A stretch of 32,000 nt of DNA from Dickeya dadantii NCPPB 898. GTDB taxonomy: Bacteria > Pseudomonadota > Gammaproteobacteria > Enterobacterales > Enterobacteriaceae. Below the pieces are notes generated by a model. That model had not been told where the DNA came from and searched no databases. It worked only from the letters and a program-made list of their open reading frames with translations. How positions within the stretch are numbered: position 1 is the first letter of the stretch; every line of letters begins with the position of its first letter. Of the stretch, positions 18,665 to 27,852 are shown in pieces. A program made the translations under genes and the position numbers. The DNA lies in assembly GCF_000406145.1 (NCBI RefSeq), contig NZ_CM001976.1:4393075-4425074 (forward strand). Direction: 5' to 3'.

Positions 18665-20847
18665 CACGCCTCCTTCACCAGATACAGGGTGGCGAGCGGC
18701 GGCAATGTCAGTACCAACGACTGCGGCCGGGAATGGCTGCCCACCGTTTCGCTATACACCAGCCCCTTATTGCCCAGGTTGCCGCCGTGGTAATGCCAGG
18801 AATCGGTATTGAGCACCTCGCGCCAGGCCCCCGGCTGATTGATGCCGACGCGATAACTGTCGCGCGGCACCGGCGTAAAGTTGCTGATAATCAGCATTTC
18901 GTTGCCGTCGGCATCGCGCCGGATAAAGGCGAACACCGAGTTTTCCCGATCGTCCACCACCACCCACTCAAAGCCCTGATGCAGGTAGTCGCACTGATAG
19001 AGCGGCGGGTGCTGGCGATAGCAGTGGTTGAGATCGCGCACCAGTTGCTGCACCCCGGCATGCCAGCCCTCCGGCTCGTCCAGCAGGTGCCAGTCCAGAC
19101 TGGTGTCGTGGTTCCACTCCCGCCCCTGTGCGAATTCGCCGCCCATGAACAGCAGCTTCTTGCCGGGGTAGGCCCACATGAAGCCGTAATAGGCGCGCAG
19201 GTTGGCGAACTTCTGCCAGACGTCGCCGGGCATCCGATCCAGCAGCGAGCGTTTGCCGTGCACCACCTCGTCATGCGACAGCGGCAGCACAAAGTTTTCG
19301 CTATAGGCGTACAGCATGCCGAAGGTCAGCAGGTCGTGGTGGTATTTGCGGTGCACCGGGTCCAGTTGCATGTAGGCCAGCGAGTCATGCATCCAACCCA
19401 TGTTCCATTTGTAGTGGAAACCCAGCCCGCCATGCTCCGGCGGCAGCGTCACCCCGGCGTAATCGGTGGACTCTTCGGCGATGGTGACCGCGCCGGCGTG
19501 GTGCTGCCCCAGCATCTGATTGGTGTAACGCAGGAAGCCGATCGCCTCCAGATTCTCCTTGCCGCCGAAGTAGTTCGGCACCCATTCCCCATCGCGGCGG
19601 CTGTAATCGCGGTAAATCATCGATGCTACCGCGTCTACCCGCAGCCCATCGACGCCAAACCGCTCAGTCCAGTACAGTGCGTTACCCGCCAGATAGTTAC
19701 GGACTTCGTGACGGTCAAAGTTATAAATCAGCGTGTTCCAGTCCTGATGGTAGCCCTCTTTCGGATCGGCGTATTCGTACAGCGCGGTGCCGTCGAAACG
19801 CGCCAGCCCATAGCTATCCGCCGGGAAATGGCCGGAAACCCAGTCCAGCAGCACATTGATGCCCGCCTCGTGAAAAGCCGACACCAGATAGCGGAAGTCG
19901 TCCGGCGAACCGAAACGGCGGGTCGGCGCGTATAACCCCAGCGGCTGATAGCCCCAACTGCCGTCAAACGGGTGTTCGTGCACCGGCATCAGCTCAACAT
20001 GGGTAAACCCCATCTCTTTCACGTACGGCACCAGTTGGTCCGCCAGTTCGCGGTAACTGAGCCAGAAATTATTGTCGGTGTGACGCCGCCATGACCCCAG
20101 GTGCACCTCATAAATGGAAATCGGCGACTGCAGATCGTTGGCATGCTGCCGCGCTTCATCCACCGGCAGCGCGGGCGGCAGACGGCTGACCACCGACGCG
20201 GTGTCCGGCCGCATCTGGGATTCGAAGGCATACGGGTCGGACTTCACCAGCACGTTGCCGTAACAGTCGATGATTTCGAATTTGTACAATTGGCCCGGCC
20301 CGACGCCCGGCACGAACAGTTCCCATACGCCGTTTTCGCGCCGCCGCCGCATCGGATGGCGGCGGCCGTCCCAAAAATTGAAATCGCCCACCACCGACAC
20401 CCGCTGAGCATTCGGCGCCCAGACGGCAAAACAGGTGCCGACGACGCCATCCAGCGTGGACGGATGCGCCCCCAGCGTTTCAAACGGCCGCAAATGGCGC
20501 CCTTCCGCCAGCAGCCAGATATCCAGCTCCTGCAGCAGGGTGCCAAAACGATAAGGGTCATCAATGACCTGCGTATCCTGCGGCCAGGTCACCGCCAGAC
20601 GATAGCTGAACGGCTTTTTGCGACGGGGAATCGCCGAGGCGAAAAAACCGCGTGGGTCCCGACATTGCAGGTTCGCCACTTTACGTCCGCTGTGTGCGTC
20701 CACGACCCAGACATCGCTAGCATCGGGAAGCAGGGCACGTACTTCCAGCCCCGATGCCGTGTCATGCATACCCAGTACGGCAAAAGGATCGGCGTAATGG
20801 CCGGAAAAAAGGAGATTAATAATGTTCTGATCGGAAAACCCTGACAT
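18664..20847 (-). CDS. glgB: 1,4-alpha-glucan branching enzyme
   Basis: 727 aa from the ATG at 20847 ([28 protein letters not shown]...), matching the E. coli GlgB N-terminus and its 728-aa length. GAGGA lies 9 nt upstream. The track ORF extends to 21015 through AT-rich non-homologous sequence. Confidence 0.95.
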
Positions 20848-21225
20848 GGCATCCATCCTCTGAATTAACCATCTGAATAAGTTAAACATGTTAAAGAGAC
20901 AGAACATTTCTTCGGCATTCTTATTGATGTGGAAATGCCCTGCGTCAATAACAGAAAAGGAACCAGCCTGACCCCATAAAAGAGAACTAATCTGAAGGAA
21001 AATACCTCGTGGCAACCAGTGAGGCTGCGAAGCATTATTCAGATGAGCCTAAGATTCAGCTTAGTAAAGAAAAGAGAAAACATTTGAGATTATGGATAAA
21101 TTTTTGCGGTCGGGACTTATAAGAAAAAATAATTAATCATAGTGTTAGCGAATGTTGATCCTGTCCGGAGATTGTTCGACCGCGACGGGTAAAATCGGAA
21201 GCATCAACAGGGAGGTGTACTGCTT

Positions 21226-22911
21226 ATGATAAGCCAAATCGATCTGATTCTGTCATTGCTACAACAAACATGCGTCTATCTGGTCATTGCCTATCTGTTG
21301 AGCAAAACTCCGCTGTTTATTCCGCTGACGCAGGTCACCATCCGCCTGCCGCATAAACTGATCTGCTACCTGACCTTCTCGATGTTCTGCATCCTCGGCA
21401 CCTATTTCGGCCTGCATATCGACGACTCCATCGCCAATACCCGCGCCATCGGCGCGCTGCTGGGCGGCGTGCTGGGCGGGCCGTCGGTGGGTGTTCTGGT
21501 CGGGCTGACCGGCGGTCTGCATCGCTACTCCCTCGGCGGCATGACCGCGCTGGCCTGCATGGTTTCCACCATTGCGGAAGGGCTGGCCGGCGGCCTGCTG
21601 CACCGCTACCTGACCCGTCGCCATCGCATCGACCTGTTGTTCCAGCCGCTGGTCATCGCCGCCGCCACCCTGCTGGTGGAAGTGTTGCAGATGAGCATCA
21701 TCCTGCTGTTGTCGCGGCCGTTTGGCGACGCGCTGGCGCTGGTCAAAAGCATCGCGCTGCCGATGATAATCACCAACAGCGTGGGCGCGGCGATGTTCAT
21801 GCGTATCCTGCTGGACCGCCGGGCGATGTTCGAGAAATACACCTCGGCGTTTTCCGCCCGCGCATTGCAGATTGCCGCTCGCGCCGAAGGGGCGCTGCGG
21901 GAAGGGTTTAATTCGAGAACCAGTATGCGGGTGGCGCGCATCCTGTATGAAGAGCTGGGCGTCGGCGCGGTCGCCATTACCGATCGGGAAAAACTGCTGG
22001 CGTTCATCGGCACCGGTGACGATCACCACACGGCCGGTTCGCTGATCACCTCTCCGTTCACCCATCAGGCCATCGACCACAATCAGGTGGTGTACGCCGA
22101 CGGCAACGAAGCGCCTTTCGATTGTTCCATCTCGCCGCACTGTAAACTCGGCTCCACGCTGGTGATTCCGCTGCGCGGCGAAGAACAGCGGGTGATCGGC
22201 ACCATCAAGTTGTATGAACCGAAAAACAAGCTGTTCTCCAGCATCAACCGGACGCTGGGGGAAGGCATCGGCCACTTGCTGTCGGCCCAGATTTTCGCCG
22301 GCCGCTTCGAGCAACAAAAACAATTGCTGGCGCAGTCTGAAATCAAGTTACTGCACGCGCAGGTCAACCCGCATTTCCTGTTCAACGCCCTCAATACCTT
22401 GTCGGCGATTATCCGCCGCAATCCGGATCAGGCGCGCCAGTTGGTGCTGTCGCTGTCCACCTTCTTTCGCAAAAATCTCAAGCGCAGCAGCGACGAGGTG
22501 GCTCTCAGCGATGAACTGGAGCATGTCGACGCCTACCTTGAAATCGAGAAGGCGCGCTTCGCCAACCTGCTGACGGTGGACATCGCCATTCCGCCCTCGC
22601 TCAGAGCCGCCAGGCTACCGGCTTTCTCCCTGCAACCGCTGGTGGAAAACGCCATCAAGCACGGCATTTCTCAAATGCTGGACAACGGCTACCTGCGCAT
22701 TGACGCCCGCACCCACGCCAACATGCTGGAACTGACGGTGGAGGACAACGCCGGGGCCTATCACCCGTGCAACGGCGGCGACGGGCTGGGTATGAATCTG
22801 GTAGACCGGCGCATCAAGGCGCGTTACGGCCATCACTACGGCATCACCGTCATCAGCGAACCGGAACGCTTTACCCGCGTACGGGTGCGGGTGCCGCTAC
22901 GGGTGGGGTAA
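21226..22911 (+). CDS. btsS: LytS-family sensor histidine kinase (5TM-LYT + GAF + His_kinase/HATPase), BtsS/YehU-like
   Basis: 561 aa, the same length as E. coli YehU. LLQQTCVYLVIAYLLSKTPLFIPLTQVTIRLPHKL, GLHIDDSIANTRAIGA, LLHAQVNPHFLFNALNT and LQPLVENAIKHG follow my recollection of YehU closely. The symbol is tentative, since this could be a paralogue (YpdA-like). Confidence 0.8.
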   Translation: MISQIDLILSLLQQTCVYLVIAYLLSKTPLFIPLTQVTIRLPHKLICYLTFSMFCILGTYFGLHIDDSIANTRAIGALLGGVLGGPSVGVLVGLTGGLHRYSLGGMTALACMVSTIAEGLAGGLLHRYLTRRHRIDLLFQPLVIAAATLLVEVLQMSIILLLSRPFGDALALVKSIALPMIITNSVGAAMFMRILLDRRAMFEKYTSAFSARALQIAARAEGALREGFNSRTSMRVARILYEELGVGAVAITDREKLLAFIGTGDDHHTAGSLITSPFTHQAIDHNQVVYADGNEAPFDCSISPHCKLGSTLVIPLRGEEQRVIGTIKLYEPKNKLFSSINRTLGEGIGHLLSAQIFAGRFEQQKQLLAQSEIKLLHAQVNPHFLFNALNTLSAIIRRNPDQARQLVLSLSTFFRKNLKRSSDEVALSDELEHVDAYLEIEKARFANLLTVDIAIPPSLRAARLPAFSLQPLVENAIKHGISQMLDNGYLRIDARTHANMLELTVEDNAGAYHPCNGGDGLGMNLVDRRIKARYGHHYGITVISEPERFTRVRVRVPLRVG

Positions 22912-22932
22912 ACGCGTAAAGGGACGGGGGAC

Positions 22933-23014
22933 GGCGGCTATAGCGTAGCGTTTGGGCGAGCCCCATGAAATGGCAGCCAACGCACCTGCAACGTGAAGTA
23001 TGGCGGGTATAGCG
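22933..23014. repeat. ERIC/IRU-like intergenic repeat, copy A
   Basis: It contains AGCCAACGCACCTGCAACGTGAAGTATG (22975-23002), which is identical to 29707-29734. The core resembles the central part of the enterobacterial ERIC consensus as I remember it (..GCCAACGCAC.TGCAAC.TGAAGTATGACGGGTATA..). It is flanked by direct repeats GGCGG(C/G)TATAGCG at 22933 and 23002. Confidence 0.6.
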
Positions 23015-23020
23015 ACAATA

Positions 23021-23054
23021 AAAAACGGCTTCCCTTGTGGGGAAGCCGTTTTTT
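23021..23054. terminator. bidirectional rho-independent terminator (btsS-like gene on +, csp gene on -)
   Basis: AAAAA-CGGCTTCCC-ttgtg-GGGAAGCCG-TTTTTT. The 9-bp GC-rich stem was paired by hand and is flanked by an A-run and a T-run. Confidence 0.85.
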
Positions 23055-23140
23055 ATTTCAGGCAAACCTGGGTATTACATCAACTTCACTGCTCCGGCTA
23101 ACGCCATCTTCGCTATCGGAAGTGATGATTACCCGGGAAA

Positions 23141-23353
23141 TTACAGCCCTACTACGTTTTCAGCGGAAGGACCTTTCGGACCGTTGCCGATAACGAATTC
23201 AACTTTCTGACCTTCGTACAGAGTCTTGAAGCTATCGCTCTGAATGGCAGAGAAATGAACAAACACGTCTTTGCTGCCGTCAGCCGGAGTGATGAAACCA
23301 AAACCTTTAGTTTCGTTAAACCATTTTACTGAACCAGTCATTTTATTAGACAT
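23141..23353 (-). CDS. CspA-family cold-shock protein (cold-inducible CspA/B/G/I subgroup)
   Basis: 70 aa from the ATG at 23353: [73 protein letters not shown]1 (KGFGFI) and RNP2 (VFVHF) are present. The track ORF extends into the leader. Confidence 0.95.
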   Translation of the reverse strand: MSNKMTGSVKWFNETKGFGFITPADGSKDVFVHFSAIQSDSFKTLYEGQKVEFVIGNGPKGPSAENVVGL

Positions 23354-23564
23354 TATATTACCTCGTAATTTTTTCCAGCCCGTTAGAGGGCGATATAGGT
23401 ATGCATCGCAGGAAATACTTATGAGCAAGAAAAAAAGAGATTCAGGGGAAGTGATATCGAGGATAACGCTTGGACTGAGGACTGCTTTAGTAAAATGCTT
23501 TGCATAAATAGGTCTGACTCACAAACCGTGGCACTATTAACGCATTCATCCGGAATGAATGCAA
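23354..23564 (-). promoter_or_regulatory. cspA-type promoter plus long (about 175-nt) 5' UTR with cold-box
   Basis: On the minus strand: TTGCAT (-35, 23564-23559), a 17-nt spacer, GTTAAT (-10, 23541-23536), then ACGGTTTGTGAGTCAGACC (compare the E. coli cspA cold box ACGGTTTGACGTACAGACC). Further shared blocks are GTTATCCTCGATATC, CTATATCGCC and GAGGTAATATAATG. An AT-rich UP-like tract lies upstream (23565-23610). Confidence 0.7.
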
Positions 23565-23733
23565 GCGTTATGTATTATCGCGAGATGTAAATATTTTATA
23601 TTCATTATAATTCATAAAGTTAATGAGTTAGGCCGGGGTTATTTTTTCGACATTACCGGCTTCCAGGCCGAAACCACGGCACAGAATGCAGGACAACGCC
23701 ACGCCACAACCTGCTCTCCCACCGGAGCGCTGA

Positions 23734-24171
23734 TTATTTGTGGTTTACCGGTTCCGTCCCATTAGCGGCATTCTCCATCGGGATCAGGTTCAACCGGCCG
23801 TGGCGCACGCCGGTCTGGGCGATAACCGACGTGGCAAATTGTTCTACGCGCTCGGTCGGCCCGCGCAGAATCACGGTTTCCACGCATTCGTCATGGCTGA
23901 GATGGGTATGCATGGTCGACACCGTCAGGTGATGATGCTCATGCTGCATACCGGCCAGCCGGCTCGACAACTGACGTTCGTGGTGGTCGTACACATAGCT
24001 CAGCACCGCCACGCATTCTGCGTTTTTATCCTGCGCCACCGTCATTTCGCCCAGCTCGCGCCGTAACATGTCACGAAACGCTTCCGACCGGTTGGCATAG
24101 CCTTTGCGCAGCATCAGCGCGTCCAGCGCCTCGGCCAGCGGGTCATCCAGAGAAATCGTCAGTCGTTGCAT
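23734..24171 (-). CDS. nikR: nickel-responsive repressor NikR (ribbon-helix-helix + ACT-like metal-binding domain)
   Basis: 145 aa from the ATG at 24171 (MQRLTISLDDPLAEALDALMLRKGYANRSEAFRDMLR...), with GAGG 6 nt upstream. The metal-site region VLSYVYDHHERQL...HEHHHLTVSTMHTHLSHDECVE parallels E. coli NikR. Confidence 0.9.
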   Translation of the reverse strand: MQRLTISLDDPLAEALDALMLRKGYANRSEAFRDMLRRELGEMTVAQDKNAECVAVLSYVYDHHERQLSSRLAGMQHEHHHLTVSTMHTHLSHDECVETVILRGPTERVEQFATSVIAQTGVRHGRLNLIPMENAANGTEPVNHK

Positions 24172-24322
24172 GTCGGCCTCACAAAAAAGCGAAAAGAATC
24201 CCGGCGCGGCGGCGCGCAGGTCGCCCATTATGCCGGGGTTAGTCACGATGATCGTGATTCAGCGCAATATGGCGCACAAATCCCCGAGCGGGCACATCGG
24301 AACGCATGACCTAAAAGGTGAC

Positions 24323-24358
24323 GGAAGAAAAAGTAAAACGCGCCCGGAGGGGCGCGTT
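24323..24358 (-). terminator. rho-independent terminator of asd
   Basis: The minus strand reads AACGCGCCC-ctcc-GGGCGCGTT followed by TTTACTTTTTCTT. It begins 20 nt after the asd stop. Confidence 0.85.
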
Positions 24359-24378
24359 ACTTTCAAGGGAAACGCCGA

Positions 24379-25479
24379 TTACAACAGGATACGCAGCATA
24401 CGGCGCAGCGGTTCGGCGGCGCCCCACAGCAGTTGGTCACCGACGGTGAAGGCGGACAGGTACTGCGGGCCCATGTTCAGTTTGCGCAGACGACCCACCG
24501 GGGTGGACAGCGTACCGGTTACGGCAGCCGGGGTCAGTTCGCGCATGGTGATCTCGCGGTCGTTCGGCACCACTTTCACCCAGTCATTGTGGGTTGCCAG
24601 CATCTGCTCGATTTCCGGAATCGACACATCTTTCTTCAGCTTAAGGGTGAAAGCCTGACTATGGCAGCGCAGCGCGCCGATGCGTACGCACAGACCGTCC
24701 ACCGGAATGGTGCTGGCGGTATTCAGAATCTTGTTGGTTTCCGCCTGACCTTTCCACTCTTCGCGGCTCTGGCCGTTTTCCAGCTGTTTGTCGATCCACG
24801 GAATCAGGCTGCCAGCCAGCGGCACGCCGAAGTTTTCCACATCCAGACCGCCACGCGACAGCGCCGTCACTTTGCGTTCGATATCCAGAATGGCGGAAGC
24901 CGGGTCGCGCAGTTCAGCCGCCACTTCGGCGTTCAACTGGCCCATCTGCACCAGCAGCTCGCGCATGTTGCGCGCGCCCGCGCCGGATGCCGCCTGATAG
25001 GTGGCGACAGACGCCCACTCCACCAGATCGTTGGCGAACAGGCCGCCCAGCGACATCAGCATCAGGCTGACGGTACAGTTGCCGCCGACGAAGGTTTTGA
25101 TGCCGTTGTCCAGACCGGACTTGATCACGCCGTGGTTGACCGGGTCCAGGATGATAATCGCGTCATCTTTCATTCGCAGAGAAGATGCTGCGTCGATCCA
25201 GTACCCTTGCCAGCCACTTTCACGCAGCTTTGGATAGATTTCGTTGGTATAATCGCCGCCCTGACAGGTGATGATGATATCCAGCGCGCGCAGCGCGTCC
25301 AGATTGTAGGCATCCTGCAGGACACCCTGCTGGCCGCCCAGCGCCGGCGCCGGTTGGCCGTGCTGAGAGGTAGAGAAGAATACCGGGCGGATTAAATCAA
25401 AATCGCGTTCTTCCACCATGCGCTGCATGAGTACCGAACCGACCATTCCGCGCCAGCCAATAAAACCAACATTTTTCAT
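24379..25479 (-). CDS. asd: aspartate-semialdehyde dehydrogenase
   Basis: 366 aa from the ATG at 25479. [28 protein letters not shown] and [17 protein letters not shown] (catalytic Cys) are essentially identical to E. coli Asd. Confidence 0.97.
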   Translation of the reverse strand: MKNVGFIGWRGMVGSVLMQRMVEERDFDLIRPVFFSTSQHGQPAPALGGQQGVLQDAYNLDALRALDIIITCQGGDYTNEIYPKLRESGWQGYWIDAASSLRMKDDAIIILDPVNHGVIKSGLDNGIKTFVGGNCTVSLMLMSLGGLFANDLVEWASVATYQAASGAGARNMRELLVQMGQLNAEVAAELRDPASAILDIERKVTALSRGGLDVENFGVPLAGSLIPWIDKQLENGQSREEWKGQAETNKILNTASTIPVDGLCVRIGALRCHSQAFTLKLKKDVSIPEIEQMLATHNDWVKVVPNDREITMRELTPAAVTGTLSTPVGRLRKLNMGPQYLSAFTVGDQLLWGAAEPLRRMLRILL

Positions 25480-25677
25480 GGTAACCGTCCTGCCTGGGGG
25501 TGACAAAAAGCAATCCGACTGCCGTTTCAGGCAGGGAGCATAGTTTTAAGTGATGTCTGTCAACCTTACAAAATGTATCAGAAGTCGCAAGTGAATTTAT
25601 TCGATGACTCGGGCGTTTTCAGCAACACGCCTAATGCGTCCGGCGAAGATTGGGGATGAGAGGAGCTTACCGCCACC

Positions 25678-26271
25678 ATGACTGAAATGATCTCGGCAAC
25701 CGTACTGTTGCTGTTAATTATGGATCCGCTCGGCAATCTGCCGGTGTTTATGTCCGTGCTGAAACACCTGGATCCCAAACGGCGACGCGTGGTGCTGATT
25801 AGGGAAATGATCATCGCGCTGGGGGTGATGCTGGTGTTCCTGTTCGCCGGCGAGAAGATTCTGGCGGTACTGAACCTGCGCACGGAAACCGTCTCCATTT
25901 CCGGCGGAATCGTACTGTTTTTGATCGCCATCCGCATGATTTTCCCGACGCAGGAAGGCTTTACCAGCGGCTTGCCCGCCGGCGACGAGCCGTTTCTGGT
26001 GCCGCTGGCTATCCCGATGGTGGCCGGGCCGTCGATTCTGGCCGCACTGATGCTGCTCTCGCACCAGTATCCGAATCAGATGCCGCACCTGACGCTGGCG
26101 CTGTTCATCGCCTGGGGTATCACGGTGGTCGTACTGCTGCTGTCGAACCTGTTCCTGCGCCTGCTGGGCGACAAGGGCGTCAACGCGCTGGAACGGCTGA
26201 TGGGGTTGGTGCTGGTCATGCTCTCCACCCAGATGTTCCTGGACGGCATTCGGGCCTACCTGAAACTGTAA
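25678..26271 (+). CDS. yhgN: MarC/UPF0056 family inner-membrane protein YhgN
   Basis: 197 aa, the same length as E. coli YhgN and near-identical blocks (LLLIMDPLGNLPVFMSVLKH, GEKILAVLNLRTETVSISGG, VNALERLMGLVLVM). Adjacency to asd is conserved. Confidence 0.9.
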   Translation: MTEMISATVLLLLIMDPLGNLPVFMSVLKHLDPKRRRVVLIREMIIALGVMLVFLFAGEKILAVLNLRTETVSISGGIVLFLIAIRMIFPTQEGFTSGLPAGDEPFLVPLAIPMVAGPSILAALMLLSHQYPNQMPHLTLALFIAWGITVVVLLLSNLFLRLLGDKGVNALERLMGLVLVMLSTQMFLDGIRAYLKL

Positions 26272-26285
26272 CCGCAAAGTAGACG

Positions 26286-26319
26286 CTCTCAGTCTCCCTG
26301 CCTAAGCGGAGACTGAGAG
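26286..26319. terminator. 12-bp perfect stem-loop between convergent yhgN and the gluconate permease gene
   Basis: CTCTCAGTCTCC-N10-GGAGACTGAGAG. There is no strong U-tract on either strand, so this is a candidate bidirectional terminator or RNA-stability hairpin. Confidence 0.5.
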
Positions 26320-26346
26320 AAGACCGTTACATTCCGCCAGCCATCA

Positions 26347-27663
26347 TCACACCACGTAGCTCAGCAGCAGGGTGCCGGCCAGACCGCACACCGCGATAAT
26401 GGTTTCCAGCGCCGACCACGACTTCAGCGTTTCTGGAATGCTCAGGTTGAAATACTCCTTGAACAGCCAGAAACCGGGGTCGTTGACGTGGGAGAAAATC
26501 ACGCTGCCGGAACCGACCGCGATCACCATCAATTCCGGGCTGACGCCGCTGGTGGCAATAATCGGCGCCACAATCCCGCCCGCGGTCAGCGCGGCCACGG
26601 TGGCAGACCCTAATGCCAGGCGCAGCACGGCGGCGATAAGCCAACCCAGCAGCAGCGGCGACACGCTACTACCGTGCATCATCCCGGCGATGTACTTGTC
26701 TACGCCGCTGTCGACCAGCACCTGTTTAAACGCGCCGCCGCCGCCGAGGATCAGCAACATCATGGCGATGATTTTAATCGAGTCGGTAATGGTGCCCATC
26801 ACCTCATCCATGCTGCGGCCACGGTTCAGGCCGAAGGTGAAAATAGCGATCAGCACCGCAATCAGGGTCGCCATCACCGGGTCGCCGAAGAACTCGGCAT
26901 ACGGCAACAAGGCATGTCCCTTCGGTAATATCATTTCCGCTACGGCGCGCAACGCCATCAGGATCACCGGCACCAGCGCGGTCATCACGCTGACAAAAAA
27001 GCTCGGCATTTCCTGCTCGCTGAACTGCTTCGGGTTATACAGCCCTTCCGGAATCGGTTTATCGATTTTCTTCAGGAAGCGGGCGTAAACCGGGCCCGCC
27101 AGAATCACCGTCGGGATCCCCAATAGCGTACCGTACAGCAGGGTTTTGCCCATGTCGGCGTGGAACAGCGACGCAATCGCCGTCGGCCCCGGATGCGGCG
27201 GCAGGAAGCCGTGAGTGACGGACAACGCCGCCGCCATCGGTACGCCGGCATACAGCAGCGGAATACGCGCCGACGCCACAATGCTGAACACCAGCGGCAA
27301 CAGCAGCACAAAGCCCACTTCGTAGAACAGCGCGAAGCCGACGGTAAAACCGGTCAGCACAATCGCCCACTGAATATGCTTGCGACCGAAGCGATTAATC
27401 AGCGTGGTGGCGATACGCTGCGCACCGCCGCAGTCGGCCAGTAATTTCCCCAGCATGGCGCCAAAGCCCATGATCAAGGCCAGCGTGCCCAGCGTGCCGC
27501 CCACCCCGTTCTTGATGGACGTCATCACCTTCTGCACCGGCATTCCCTGCATGATGCCCACGGCCAGGGCAACCAGAATCAGTGCAATAAAGCCGTTCAG
27601 TTTAAAGCGGATCATCAGCACCAACAGCAGTGCGACACCCACAGCGACAATCACGAGTGGCAT
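26347..27663 (-). CDS. gntT: GntP-family gluconate:H+ symporter, GntT-like
   Basis: 438 aa from the ATG at 27663 (GGAG SD). MPLVIVAVGVALLLVLMIRFKLNGFIALILVALAVG..., LADCGGAQRIATTL and SHVNDPGFWLFKEYFNL match my recollection of E. coli GntT (438 aa) much better than GntU. Confidence 0.85.
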   Translation of the reverse strand: MPLVIVAVGVALLLVLMIRFKLNGFIALILVALAVGIMQGMPVQKVMTSIKNGVGGTLGTLALIMGFGAMLGKLLADCGGAQRIATTLINRFGRKHIQWAIVLTGFTVGFALFYEVGFVLLLPLVFSIVASARIPLLYAGVPMAAALSVTHGFLPPHPGPTAIASLFHADMGKTLLYGTLLGIPTVILAGPVYARFLKKIDKPIPEGLYNPKQFSEQEMPSFFVSVMTALVPVILMALRAVAEMILPKGHALLPYAEFFGDPVMATLIAVLIAIFTFGLNRGRSMDEVMGTITDSIKIIAMMLLILGGGGAFKQVLVDSGVDKYIAGMMHGSSVSPLLLGWLIAAVLRLALGSATVAALTAGGIVAPIIATSGVSPELMVIAVGSGSVIFSHVNDPGFWLFKEYFNLSIPETLKSWSALETIIAVCGLAGTLLLSYVV

Positions 27664-27799
27664 AACGATCTCCGGCAACCCCTGCCTGCGCGAGTCGGGC
27701 AACGACAGGGGGGATTTTCTTGTGTTTTGCGAATTCTCCCGGTGTTTCGGGCGTGCCTTCGCTACAGTAGAGTCAGGCGTTCGGGTAGCGCTTAACCCG

Positions 27800-27815
27800 T
27801 GTGATATACATCACA
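27800..27815. promoter_or_regulatory. perfect CRP consensus site in the gntT/gntK divergent region
   Basis: The sequence is TGTGAtatacaTCACA. Confidence 0.8.
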
Positions 27816-27822
27816 ACGCACG

Positions 27823-27852
27823 ATGTTACCGGTATCATGATACCGGTAACAT
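27823..27852. promoter_or_regulatory. two overlapping GntR operators forming a perfect 30-bp palindrome
   Basis: ATGTTACCGGTATCATGATACCGGTAACAT equals its own reverse complement. Each half (ATGTTACCGGTATCAT / ATGATACCGGTAACAT) fits the E. coli GntR operator consensus ATGTTACCGGTAACAT. A third ACCGGTA core lies at 27866-27872. Confidence 0.8.

Noticed and set aside
20848-21015. 56-aa N-terminal extension of glgB in the track ORF.
   Set aside because: The extension runs through AT-rich promoter-like DNA with no similarity to GlgB. The ATG at 20847 gives 727 aa (E. coli has 728) with GAGGA 9 nt upstream. The ATG at 20856 has its SD directly abutting and is less likely.
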